From the NCBI RefSeq assembly GCF_000143415.4, contig NW_003314293.1, positions 767,497 to 831,496 of the forward strand: 64,000 nucleotides of DNA. The letters run 5' to 3'. Below, piece by piece: positions 35,037 to 48,637 of this stretch (its first letter is position 1; each line of letters starts with the position of its first letter). The DNA comes from Selaginella moellendorffii (taxonomy: Eukaryota > Plantae > Lycopodiophyta). Both the position numbers and the translations under genes were made by a program. The notes under the pieces were generated by a model. That model did no database searches. It was not told the DNA's origin and saw only the letters and a list, made by a program, of their open reading frames with translations.

Positions 35037-38000
35037 ACTGGCAACTGTAAACTGGTAATCTGACGGAACTAACGAGCAACTCTTAAGCCTCGGAGGGGCA
35101 GTGTCTTTAAATGCTGTACCACAAAGTGGTTAAACATTTATAGTAACCAACCGAGCAAATTTAATAAAGATTTTTCCAAATCTAGAGCAATTTCTAATGG
35201 ATTCTATCACTGGCGAAGAAAATTAGTTCCTTTTTTGCTGAGAAGACCTCCTCCTAAATACACTCGATAGTTCTTGTTTCCTTGTTCCTTTCTAGGTCTT
35301 AGCATGGAAAGGATTTCAAAATCTGCTCTCAAGCACGCATATCAAGCTTGCCAACAAAATAAAGGAGTTCAATCAAGAGATAAACTTGCTAACTTAGCTG
35401 CCTTTGTTGGGCAAAACAGAGTTAATGACTTCGCATCCTCAACATCAACCGGTGCCACTTTGCAGGAGCAAGGCAGAGGAGGGCACAGCTCGGAAGAAGT
35501 ATCGGACATGACCGTATTAAGGAAATTGTCGTTGCATTCTGGACTGAGCTCACGCAAGTCTCCCTGAATTCCAAGGATGTGAAGTCTTACAGAATCAAGA
35601 GCTTGGAATATGAATAACATGCAACTCATTACTTGGATTGCACTCAGGTATCCTCTTTCCTTTTGTTTTGATTCTATTTTAGCAGGTTTTTGGTGAAGTT
35701 CTAATTGATCAAAGTCCATTCTGGGAATTTAGAATGGTCGTGGCAAACGGCACGGTACCATGGGCCACGCTGGATTCCTCCACCCTTGAAAACCAAGACT
35801 CTGAAAGATCATTGTATTCAATTGTGGTTTTGTGCCAGATTGTTTGAAGCTAATTACAAAGAAAATCCCATGGGACGCATAAATCAAAATCACGCTCCGA
35901 TTCATATCGAGGATTTCTTCTGCGTGATAGTCCCTCAACATGTTGATGCAAAATAGCCATTGTAATCTAGAGCCGTCCAAAAGTCTCGGATTTCAAGTAG
36001 CATTTGGCAGACGATCTCGCGAAACGACGATCTTGCTCTAGAACTTGTAAAATGGTTGGGATAATGAATACAGTTTTCCTCCCAGCTCCTAATGTTCTTG
36101 AGTGACGAGCGAAAGTCGAGCAAGCACTGCATTATGTTATTCATGCATAACTTCTCTCCTGTGTGCTCCAAAGAAAGGAAACATCTACACACACAAGGAC
36201 AGGAAGGCATGAACGTCTTGCTTTTCTTCGGTGCTTACTGATGGACTGCATTGGCCAAGTACTTGTGGTGAACTACCTCCAAGTCCTGCATGTCCTTGAT
36301 CTGCATAATATGTCTGCATTAGAACAAAAAACTTGCAGCACGTTTATTCTGTTTACCTCGTGTTTAATAGCACGAAGAAAATCGCCCCAGAAGCTGCGAA
36401 TGTACGTGACATTGAAAAACTGTGACAAAATGCCCAATTTGATGCCTAGAAAAAGAAAAACAAAGCCTCAATGAATTTGTTAGAAAGCACCTAAAAAGTT
36501 GAAGAGCTCGGAGTTTATCCGTCTGCTGCTCCAAAGAGCTCGAAGAACTCGACGCATGGAGCGCTCCGCTGCCTGAAATTATTTTTAAAAATAATGAAAC
36601 GTTAAAGATGAGATACTTAATGCTCGATCGGTCGAGAAACCCGATTCAGGAGGAACCTCGTTTGAAAAAAGACTGTCCTGCGGTTGAAGCAACCTCACAA
36701 CTGGCAGTTTACTTCTCGGAGCTAGCACCGGTATCACTGTCGTGATTGTCATTGCTGTCCTCACCAAGTCGCGGAGAGTAGAAAAGATTTCAAATGCACA
36801 TTTTACTGATAAAAACAAAAAAGACTCACATTGTTTCTGGCTCTGACTCCAAGTCCTCTGAAGCCGTTTATAGAGGAGGAAGAATCAAGAATAACTTAAC
36901 ATTAGAATAAAGAGAAAACTATAGACAATTACCGTGTCTGCCAATGCATGCACGAGCATGGCTGCCAGGGAAGTGTTGCGGGATACTTCAAACAGGCTGA
37001 TGACAATGATCAGAAGCAGCCGGTTTGTGAGGATATTGAGACTGGACGTACGAAGCCGAAAAATATATCCATCTTCAGGCTTGCGCCTTGAGCTCTGCGT
37101 TTCAAGGCTCCATGCCGAGTGACGAGACAGACGTGGAAGGGCAGGTCTCTTGTTTCTTATCTGTGAGGAAATCTTCGAAGAGAGGGATTGCGAGAGGGAT
37201 ATCTCCGAGAAGATTGCTCTTGGATTGCCTTTGACAAGAAAGGCCTCAGGCGAGTTTTCAGGCAGAGGCAGCATCGAGTGGAGACGATTGCAGAGAACTA
37301 CTGGGAAGTCTTTCGGTGACAAGAATCCCATAAAACTGGTAAAGCGTCTTTAGTTTTCCAAACTTCTCTTGTTTCATACAGGAGGAAAAATGGACAACAG
37401 CTTCAGAGGACTCGAAAGCAGAGCCAGAAACAACGTGAGTCTTTGTGGTTTTATATCAGTAAACTGTGTATTGAGAACTACTGATGAAACGGCCACTTCT
37501 GCTGAACTGGACTCTCTGAGACTTTGCGAGGACATACTGGTGCTAGCTTTGAGCAGGGAACTGCAAGTTGTGATGAGAGCTTTTTACAACCACACAAGGA
37601 GGACTGTTTTTTGGCAAACGAAGTTTTCCTGAATCGGGTCCCTCAACCGATCGAGCATCAAGCATCTCATCCTTGTTTACGGCACAAGATGCTGGACTGC
37701 CAGGAAATCCATTTTATGCTTGCGGCGAAGGGAATATCACCGAGTACATCTCCATGCTCTTTACGAATACCCCTGATGGCTGGGATATAAGAGCTATCAA
37801 TCAATCGATCATTGTTTCAACGGTTGAAACAATGGCACAGAGTTATTCACGTAAGCTCAAAATGAGAGAACATTCTTATAATAATTTGCTCTCAACGTGA
37901 TTTGATGTAAATTTTTTTTAATATATAATCAACTTTCTCTCTTTGTTTTTGATGTTCTGAAGAAATGGTTTTCACTTAGATGTCTCCTCCAGCCCTTGGA

Positions 38001-38784
38001 CACTGATGGCAGAGTGGACGGAGATTGAGCACGCCTGGCATAGTTTTGTCGTAATGAAACAAGAGAATTATGTTGATCATGATGTATGAAAGTATGTGAA
38101 ATGTTTTGCTACGTTTGTTTTGTGGTCAAAGAGCTGCCTGATCGAGCGAGAATCGTCATGAGCAGTGAAGACGAATTTCAGAAACTACAAATGCTCACCT
38201 GGTTTTGTCCTTTTTTTGTTCTACCAGGACGCAGAACTCATGACAGTCATCCTCGAATGCTGCCTCCAAGAGAAAGTTTTCAACAAGACTTCTACTGTGC
38301 CACCATGACGTGATCCACAGATTCAACTTACAGGGGTCCGCAACTAAGTGGACCACCAATGACTAAAGGTCTTTACAGTCTTAACTTGACAGCACCCAAA
38401 GTAGTGGATTCCATGACTGACAATGGTTGATGATTCATGTCTCCTCAGTAGACAAGATTGAGCACATCTTTGTGGTGACAAAACAAGAGAGCGTCCCCAG
38501 AGTTTTGTATGCTTGAGCAAGCCAAAGCCATCAAAGTAAGTTTGCTTGCGTTTGTTTTTGTTAGATGTTTAAAGATGGATAAATGGGATTGGACAGATTT
38601 ATGAGAAGCTGGGGAATAACTTCTTCAAAAAGAAGAAACTAAGAAGAATGAGCTTCTTTTTTTCCTTAAATTGCTAAAGTTAGGTTTTTCATGGGTAATT
38701 TTGTTTATGGGGCTCCTTGCATACCTTTTACAGTACTATAAGGTTGCTTCTCGCCACTCTTTTACGTGTGATAAAGAAATGGAT

Positions 38785-40560
38785 GACTCTTAACCCCAGG
38801 TATCCCAAAACCTTTAATCGATTGGAAAAAGAATTACACTTTTGTTCATGGGCCCTTCCCCTCTATATTTGAACTCTTATGGATCATTCCCTTTAGTTGC
38901 TTATAATCCACTACACTTCCCTACAAGTTCATGCTCTTGTGAACGGAAGTTGAGAGCCGCAACTCTCCCAAGAGCCCTTTCCCGAGAGCCCTACTGTTTT
39001 GACACCTTACCCCTCAAGTCGAGCCTAGCTGAGAGCAAACTAGACCTACAAGATGTCAATCAATACTGTCTTGACACCTTACCCCTCAAATCGAGCCCAT
39101 CTGGGAGCAAATTGGACCTTGTCAATCAACATGTGGTATGATTCCCCTAGCCAACTAATAGAGTTAGACCCAAGACCCCTCTATGATATCAAATATAAAC
39201 TCTTGAATTTAAGCCTCCCAGGAAGTCATCCAGGCCAGTACTATTCAAACCTAAGAATGCTTAACCTCAAGTATCCCAAAACCTTTAACCATTTAAACCT
39301 AAGGACGTTTAACCCCAAATATCCCAAGACCATCATCTCTCAAGTTGTTCCCTTTGGTTTCTTACACTCACACCCATTTGGACATGCCGACGATTGTGAT
39401 GATACCTTCCAATAATTGCATTGTCTTCGTCAAGGGCCATTAGAGTTGGTGATGCAATTTAGCTTTCATTTCCAAAGCCTTTTGCTTCGTGTGGAGCCAA
39501 ATATATTGGAGTGGATCAAGTTGGGAATGTTATGGCTAGCATTTTGTCAAGATTTTAGAAGACTTATGCATGCACTTACTCCATCCTTCAACTCCACTTC
39601 CTATGGGAAATGGTCTTGTTTCAATGGAGGTTGATGCTAATGCTGCTCGAGTTCAAGGACAAGGGCAAAGACGTGGTCATGGCCGTGATGCTCACTATTG
39701 GGCTTGTGATGAAATTAGTCACACTTATCAGCGTTGTTGGTGTTTTCTAGATTGGCAGCCTCCATTTCCTGCAGGGAGACCTTGGCGTCAACAACGTCAT
39801 ATTGGTGCTGCTATAGTGGAAGGTCTGAACACTGAGATGTATCTGGGAAATGAGGAGTCACGTAGTAACAGAGGGACTTTGCACAAATAAGTCAATGATC
39901 CCTCCATCTTTCTTTTGGGAGTATCATCAAGGGGTTCACTCGGAACCAATTCATCTAATGTTTACTTTCCAAACTTGTTTTTATAACAAGAGGTCTTATT
40001 ATTCTTTTCATGTTGGTTGATACAAGTTTGAATTAATCTTTTATTGCTCAACCTATTGCCACATGTTGCTATCTACATTTGCGTCATGTGGCAGAGCTAG
40101 TTTTTATTCTTTATGGCAATGTTTGCACATGCATGTGCACGAGAGATGAGGCTGATGTAGTTGTGCATGTGGGTGATTTTGAGCTTGGATTGCAGTTGTT
40201 ACGGGTGCAACAAGACCCCAAGTATCCCAAGACCCTTAACCGATTGGAAAAGAAGGTGCACTTTTGTTCATGGGCCCTTTTCCTCTATATTTGAACCACT
40301 ATGGATCGTCTCTCAAGTCGTTTTTTTTATTGCTTACAATCCACCATGCTTCTCTGAACCAACAGAGTCGAACCTAAAACCCCTCTCTGATATCAAATAT
40401 AAGCGGCTGAATTTGAACTTCCCAAGAGGTCATCTAGCTCAGTACTATTCAAACCCAAGGACGCTTAACCCCAAGTATCTTAAGACCCTTAACTGATTGA
40501 AAAAGGGGGTGCACTCTTGTTCATGGGCCCTTTCCCTTTATATTTGAACCTCTATAGATT
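38785..40560 (+). mobile_element. Decayed retroelement remnant with dispersed direct repeats and a degenerate Gag zinc knuckle
   Basis: AACCCCAAGTATCCCAAGACCCTTAACC-like motif recurs at ~38791, 39262, 39310, 40215 and 40467. The 39570-39890 ORF holds YWACDEISHTYQRC (CX2CX4HX4C with the first C lost). Confidence 0.5.
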
Positions 40561-40566
40561 GACTAG

Positions 40567-41220
40567 TGTGAGACACAAATCCCAAAGCCCCAGAAGTGGA
40601 GCCAAAAAGGTGCCACGTGCAAAGTAAAAGTCAAACGAGCATAACATGTTTAGACTAAAAGCTCCAACATAAAAAGTTGAAAGCGAGAGTGGAACTGTCA
40701 ATAAAGTGCTTAAGGAACAAGCACAAAGCAAGCAATAAGTGAGTCTCTAGAAAAGGGATATAAGAGGAATAACACATGATACATGGAAGTGTCAAGATGA
40801 ACTTAAGATGGAATCCAAAATAGAGTCTAAGATAGAGTCTGAGATGGACCAAAGATGGAGTCTAAGATGGACCCGAGATGGAGTCCAAGATGGAGTCCGA
40901 AAAAGACCCAAGATGGAGTCTGAGATGGAACCGAGATGGAGTCCGAGATAGAGTCTGAGATGGACCTGAGATGGAATCCAAGATGGACACAAGATGGAGT
41001 TTGAGATAGAGTCCGAGATGGAGTCTAAGATGGACTTAAGATGGAGTCCGAGATGAAGTTTAAGATGGACCTAAGATGGAGTCTAAAATGGACTCGAGAT
41101 GGAGTCCGAGATGGAACCAAGACCGAGACCAAGTCTGAGTCTAAGCCCGAGCCTGAGTCCGAGTCTGAGTCAGAATACTAATATAGGCTGTTGGGTGAAA
41201 GCCCAAAGAGATCATCCCCC
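40567..41220 (+). mobile_element. Truncated LTR fragment (same family as the LTRs at 49691 and 62946)
   Basis: Starts TGTGAGA, is colinear with 49691-50330, and carries the GAGATGGA(GT/C)CC tandem array and the GGGTGAAAGCCC motif. Confidence 0.8.
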
Positions 41221-43469
41221 ATTTAAAAATAGTACAGATTTAAATTTTTACTCATAATTTTTTTTTAATTTATAAATATTCTATATCAATCAGATAATAC
41301 TCTCAATCATTTGAATTAATACAATCATTCTGTTCATTTAGTCTTATACTATTAAAATAATCTCAGGACAGTATTAATATCAGTCAAAATTTATTTTGTT
41401 TTATATTTAGATATTTTGGGAATCTAATGAATATTCTTAAGCAAGGATTATTACTTTATTATTGAAACCTTTTGTTGATCAATTTTATTGTCTGTAGATT
41501 TTTTTAAGAGTACCAGATCATTAATTTAGAAATGATTTTTTTAGATTTCAAAAGTATTGTCATTCATTGCTTAAAGTTATTAGAAATTTTTTGTATCTTC
41601 ATATAAATTTTATTTTCATATTTTTATTGTTCCTATTCTTACATCACTATTTTTCTATTTTTTTAATCAATTCCTTTATTAATTTCTTTATGTTTGTTTC
41701 TGATTTTTAGCATATTTCCTAAAATGTTTTTTACGACTATTTTGTCATATAAGAAATAAGAACACAATTCTAAATATTAAGCAAAACACTTGAAATGCTT
41801 TGCCCTCCATAAAAAAATTGTAATGCTTGTCATCTCTATAAATATGAGTGTCTAGGATATAGGAATAAGTATAGTAATTGCAATTTAGACCCTTGGTACT
41901 ATATTAGACATAAATATCAATAATAATTCAGGAAAAACTCATAATAAAGAATTTTTTAAAAATATTTATTCTATTTAGATCTAGATTTATATTAGCGTTT
42001 TGCTAGATCTATAATTATACCTATTAAATATATTCTTCACTTTTAATCTCAATAACATTCTCTTCTTCTGCCATGCCATATTGTTGTATATCAAACAATG
42101 TGTCATTTGAGGTTGCAAGTGATGCATTGTTGTTTTCACTTGACAACATTGTTTCTATGGTTGGATGCTTTTCAAATTGACCTTTTAGTGTTGTGCAACA
42201 TGATTTTATTGGTGTTACAACAATCCTTGGTGTTTTTCCATCTCTAACTTTCATGGGACATAATAACATGATTTCTTTTGTTCTCAATGATTATGATTGC
42301 CCTTCCTATAATAGGAATATATTCTTTGAATTTCTACTGGCCAGTTCATCAAGCAAGAAGAGGGGCATGGAGATGTATCTTGATCCATATAATTGGTGCA
42401 GGGTAAAGTTATAAGAAGAGCTAAAATTTGGAAGAGGCAAGAACTCTAAAACCTCACCTTTAGAAACATGATTAGTTGGCAGTACAAATGATCTTTGATT
42501 CTAGCAAGAAACACATCTTAGGAAAGTTTGATATGCCACTCTAGATCCACTTTACCACACTTAAAATTATTTAATAGATCTTAAGATCTAGGCTCCTAAA
42601 TTTAATGGTGTTGAACAAGAAGTTGCAACACAAAAAAATGATTACATCTCCCCACTCCTTACTCCAATTTGAGTGAGCCTACACTCTTAAGAAAGCCCTG
42701 AACTTAAGGAAGAGAATGCAAGTAGAACCACTCTGAAATTTCTTTCTTACTACTGGTGGCATGATTCCAAACAAGACAAAATCAAGAAATCTCCTCTATA
42801 GCATAAAAAAAGAAGGAAATCTCCATCTTTTCTCTCTAGATTTACAGGTTAGGCATGTTTAGAAGACACTTAAACCCTGTTTAGCATGCAAAAATGTGAA
42901 CTCTCTTCAAGTGCTGTCACTACATCATTACAAACCCTAGAATATCCTTCTATATATACATTGAATATACTAATGTGCATATCCTACACAACAGGCCATG
43001 CACTATCTCAATCAGCCCCCCACTGAAGAGATATACTAGTAAAGTAGAGGCCAGATTATGGAGAATTCTCATCTAAAGAAGACTGATGAAGAGTAGTAAT
43101 GCACAATTAATATTAAGAGTATCAGTGACAGAAAATTGGATGATTGCAAAACTAGCATATTGGATTAATACCACATGTTGCCATCTTTTGTCAAAAAGGA
43201 GCACTCATCCTTGATTTCTCTAGGCTAGTGGTTTCACCAGGAACTTACAAGCAAGCTCACAGTAGTGACCAAGCCAAGTGAAGGGCAAAACATGATTGAT
43301 TGAGCATTTGCTTGTTTTCTTTTACATATACTTTAGAGTTCTAACCTTGGTCTTCATGCATACACAACTTGCAACTTGCCATATTGAGACTTGCATCAAT
43401 GTATGTGACTTTGACAATCCTTGGTTGAAGTATAAAAAGGCACTATGAGGAGTGCACACCAAAGATCCT

Positions 43470-45801
43470 AGGTTCGCACGTTTGGAATGAATATGCAACA
43501 CATTTCACAGCGCTATAGGCTGTTCTCCATGGGAGATGCTGCAAAGGAATGCTCGTGGGGTTCCTCAACAGATCATTGTACTGAAACCAATGACCGAAGT
43601 GTTGGTCCCAGCCGTTGAAACTTATGCGGAGCAGCTCCGCCAAGGTTGGTCTAAAGCTACCGAGGCGATGGGCAAAGCTCAGGATAGGTATCGACGTGAT
43701 AAGGATCAGCATCGTCGGAATGTATCCTATCAAGTGGGAGATCAGGTGTGGCTATCTTACCGAAACTTGAACATTAAGGGTTCTTTGTCTCGGAAGCTCT
43801 TGCCGAGATATGTTGGACCCTATCGGGTGCTAAAACGCATTGGTGATGTATCCTATCAGTTGGATCTGCCTGTGGAGATGTCCAATGTTCATAATGTATT
43901 TCATGCCAATCTATTGGCTCCTTACACCATGGATGTTGCACGTCAACGGGAGATTCGTCCACTGCCAGATGTTGTGGATGGTGAACCTGAATATGAAGTC
44001 GAAGCTATTTTGGATTCACGCTGGCTTAAACGTGCCAAACGTCAGGTCCCGGAGTATCTAGTTAAGTGGAAAGGTTACCCAACTTGTGAATCAACTTGGG
44101 AGCCTCTTAGTAATCTTAGCCATGCTCGTGAGCTTGTCACGGAGTATGAGAATAGTAATAAAGCTTAGCTTTTATAAATCTTGTAATAAATCTTGCAAAT
44201 TAATAAAGTAATATCTATTTCTGTAAATCAAAGTGTCATTTCTCTCGTTCGTCAGTACTTGGGTCAGTTTTGGCAGGCTGACTTCGGCACTTCGGTGCAT
44301 GGGTCCAATCCATAACCATGGGGATAACTATTATAGACTGATCACAAGTCCCCGCCTCTCTCTCGATGACTCACTTTTGATAAAGGGGCGTGGTCGTGTA
44401 AACAACTTAATCTGCCAGTTTATAATAGTTGTCTAAATCTTCCCGATGGGGTTGATTTCTTGCTCAGGGGACGTTGGGCCTCTGGCCTTCTCCCTATGTC
44501 CCTGCGGGCAGGGATGTATCATTCCTTTGTAAGCCGAGTGGTACTTGGAGCAGCAAGGGTGGTTAACTCTGTTAGTCATTTCCTTGTCGGTGACGGCCGG
44601 AGGGTGTTTGAGTCTTAGCGTCTTTGGACGTAGAGGAGAGGTTGTTCCATCACTCATTTAAGTTGGTGTGTTTCCCACATAGTGTGCTTTCTGTTAACTT
44701 TTGGAGTTGTTTCCTTGACGGTTTGCTAGACTCGGGTATGCATCGACGAGGACGTCGATCTTCCCCAAGGGGGGGAGAGTGTCGCGAATGTGACTTTGGG
44801 TATCGAAAGATACTTGTCGACCAGTCCTTACGGGCACTCTTTCCTTACTGCTATGAAGGCAGGAGGTCGGTACTGCTGGTTCCCTTTATTGGCCCCTCTT
44901 GTCCAAGTGTTAGTAAACTAGACTTAGCATCTGTATTTGGCCGGATGAGCATAAGGACGGAATTCCTAAGTGTCTATTTGGCCAAGCATACTTGGCCCGG
45001 CTTTTTAGTTCTCTTTTGCTCTGTCTTGCACTGGCTTGGCAAGAACCCTCACGTATTGAGACTAGTCCCTCAATATCACCGGATGATAGCTTACTGTGTC
45101 TGCCAAACACCCTCGCTATCACTCCCTTTGTGTTGGTCTCATTTCGGTCCCAAATGCTATTTATGGAAAGTGTCTAGATTAGCTCATTTGGCATATCTAC
45201 GGAATGTAGAGGTCGGCCTGAACCCAATGGTGTTCGTCCCGTGTCCAAATTTGCAATCTAAGGACATTCCATATTTAGTAAGTTTCGGACTTGTCCCAGA
45301 GACTAACTCCTGGCACTAAGGGAGGCTTGGGGTGAAAGCCCAAAGCGTGTGTCCCTCAAGGGGGGGGGGGGGGGGGGGGCTATAGGGGGTTCCAAATGTA
45401 TAGTAGGGATAGTGGTTGGAATGCATGTCCGACCACCTGAGACATTAGTTTGGCTCCTGCTGGGCTGTGTCGCTCCTTGTTCTGCGTCCGGCTTGGGTCT
45501 AAGCCCAAGCTCCACGCTGCTCTAGTCGGTGGAGTACCCTCCTTCTTGCGTTAGGCCACCGGTATGCCAAAATCGTGCCAGACTCCGTCTGACACCATTT
45601 TGCGTGCAAGTGCTGGATACGGGGAGCTGGTGCTCGTGGGATTGTACCGGACCCTTGTTTCATAGAGCAATGGGCTTGGAGTTCGGCTCCAAATTCAGGT
45701 GCGCTACAGTCTAGCAATATTGACTTCCTGCCATTGTGGCAAAATATTCGAAAGGACTTGCTGACAGATAACTTTCGATACCCAAAATCACATTCATGAC
45801 A
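43470..45801 (+). mobile_element. 5'-truncated Ty3/gypsy chromovirus: integrase C-terminus, chromodomain, PPT and 3' LTR (44780-45801)
   Basis: ORF 43536-44168 contains SRKLLPRYVGPYRV...VHNVFH...[11 protein letters not shown]...EYLVKWKGYPTCESTWEP. PPT AAGGGGGGGAGAG at 44767-44779 is followed by TG...CA. Confidence 0.85.
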
Positions 45802-47130
45802 ATGATAGAGCATATGTATACACGATAATCTAGAATTCTTGAAGCTCTTATATTTATAAGTAAGCTATAATTATAAAGCCTCATTTTTGAGATTAACATT
45901 TTAAGAATCAGAGTATTGTCAGTGTCATAATAAATAAACCTCATTCCCAAGAATAAAACTTAATATATAAGCTATTGTAGTTTTTTTGTTTTCCTTAAGC
46001 TCCTTTGAAGTTTGTATAGAAATGGCTCAAAGGAAAGTCATTGCTACTCATATTTGGCCCCCCAACATTTTATATCAATCTCCATCTTCATCCCCAAGTT
46101 TTATTAACATTCCACCTTCACCTCCATATAACAATCCTCTTTCTACTAAGGGCTTTAGTGAAGCTGAACTAGAGCTCTTTGTATATGTCTAGATCTTGCT
46201 ATTGAGAGGGATTGCCTTTAGCACTTTAAGAGCAATGCCACATGTTTTTGCAAGATCTCACTTCTGACATGGCGGGATTATTTGAAAGCACAAAACATTA
46301 TTCTATTTGGTGTTCAATATGTTATTCTTTTTGGACAAGACAAATGACTTTATGGGTTTACAAACTTTTCTTGAGCACTATAGCAATTGCCTAATGGCAG
46401 GTCTAGAAAATGTGCATATATGAATGTATAATAGATTCAAGAATGAGTTACAGACACATACCCACTATTGTTTCATGATAAGGAACAACATCACCTTGGG
46501 ATACACTGCATCCCATAGCTCAATAAATATAAGGTGAATCTTCCCCACAATACCAATATAGAAGGCATAAAAGGAATCAATATGTTGATAATGAGGCAAA
46601 AAATAGTTCATTTTATCCTTACATGAAATGAAAAGCTTATTATATGTCAGATGTCTGTGAAAATGTCAGATGTTAATAACAGTGTCAATCTCAGATATCA
46701 TAATTGCAAATTATCATTCTCACCTATCACTATCACTTTGAAGCACTTATGTGTTGCCATCTCCTCCTTCAACATCTTGTAAACAATTATATGTGATATG
46801 ATACACCATATAGAACAAAGTATGTTATCTATAACTAATATCATTTCATTATAGATTTTTTTTCTTTTAAAAAAGATAATACTATAGTATAGTAAAGTAA
46901 TTCTAGATCTTACATTCCACTATAGAGTGGCCTAAAAACCCTATATTTTACCATCGACTAGAGCAGCATAGAGCTTGGGCTTAGACCCAAGCCAAATGCA
47001 GAACAAGGCTTTTGCATAGTCGGGGAGACTTCTAAAGCCTCTAATTCTAGAAACTCCAGGTGACTGTGATCTATAAAACGGAATTAAACATGTATTGAAA
47101 TCTTAATAAACATAATTTACCTCTTTGAGG

Positions 47131-47850
47131 TTGGAGGCAACTCACAAAATCCTCTAAGCCAGCATTTGAAGAAATGATGTTCTTCAATAACAAACATTGA
47201 CCTACCAAAGTCACGTGCTGCCTCCACCATAGAATTGCTACCTATTGTGTAATCAATTATAACACATTTGGTGGGCAATAAAGCTCAAGCAAGATTTGTA
47301 TCACCAATGGAGTTCGAAATTAGTACCCTAGAATGTGTTGCGGATTTGCTCATCCACAAGGTTGGGTATGATATCAGTGGAACTATCATATCTAGGTAAA
47401 ACACGTGTTGCACACTCGCTATCACAAAACCTATTATATGTGTCTCTGCAAAAGGCATAATAAGTCCACATCATAATCTGGAAACTAAGAAAGATTAAAA
47501 ATTAGATAAAAAATATAAAATACATACTCACCTTTTCAAGCTTCACTTGGATGCCTTTAGTATTGACGCCAATAGGATTTATAATGCACCCAAAAGAGAA
47601 TGACTTGAAACAAATTTCTATTACACATATTATAAACTCATACATCTAGTTGGGGTCATTTGGTAGGGTGAAGACGACATAACCAACTTTGAGCATAAGT
47701 GCTTTTGACAAGAAGAATGAATTACGCATGTGGTTGGGTGTGAGAAAGTTCTAATCCTCAACTTTCCCATCAATATCTAAAAAACCATCTGGAAATTCAA
47801 AGAGAATAAAGTTTGCAACTAGGAGCAAAGGCCTTTGTATCTTCCAACAC
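47131..47850 (-). pseudogene. Decayed, intron-containing DNA amino-methyltransferase-like (beta-class N4C/N6A fold) gene in the TE cluster
   Basis: Exons read VANFILFEFPDG...ED*N...SKALMLKVGYVVF | IMMWTYYAFCR | ...PLVIQILLELYCPPN(fs)VIIDYTIGSNSMVEAARDFGRSMFVIEEH, resembling motif IV followed by motifs X-I-II. Contains stops and a frameshift. Confidence 0.5.
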
Positions 47851-48637
47851 CAACAGTTGAATTAGCATCATATGTCCATGTTTATATCATCTTCCGTGAA
47901 AGATGTTAACAATCTACTATAGGAGCTAATGCAAACACCCATAATGCCTCGTTGTGTTATTGGAGAAACATGATAGACCTATAAAAGAGCTAAGTGAATG
48001 AAAAAAGCAATGAATAATATGCTACCGTTATATGGTGTGTTGTCAATGAGAGTTCCTCCAAGTCCTTTTCATGAGCATCTTATTGAGTTAGAATGAATTT
48101 ACTACTAATAGTCATTATTGGAAAAATTGTATATTATCACCTTTGATTTGTAAAATTCACTTTTGCTTACCTCAAGGTCGATGTGATACTTTGTGAACCA
48201 CTTGATCATCATGGAATCTGATCCAAATCTTGGATGTTTGATGGTTGAACTGAAGCTTGATATTGGTTGTCTGGTGGTGGAATGTGAACTTGATCTGGAG
48301 CTTCCTCATCCTCCTCTCTATCATCACTTGCATCGCCAATATTGCCAGCATTGACAACTTCCTCTTGATCTAGTGTAAGGGTTTCCTTCCTTAGGAGCTC
48401 CAACTCCCTATTCTATCTTCTGTCTTTGGAACTCTCATAAACATTATTGGGTACATTCTTCCATCCTTTACAGCCTTTGCAACAAGTCAAGTTCAAACTG
48501 GTGCCTTAACTGACATATACCTATAAACAATATATATTTAAGAAAAATCTTAGAAATCATATTATACTTGTAAATTGCATATTGCATGAAATAAGGCTAA
48601 CTATGTTAACAATCATAAGTTATTGTTCTTGTTCTCT

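Noticed and set aside
35200-38600. Exon-like fragments on both strands
   Set aside because: Probably decayed genes, but they contain stops and no identifiable family, so no call was made.
43441-43460. CACTA at the junction before the gypsy relic, as a CACTA transposon end
   Set aside because: No matching inverted terminus or TSD found.
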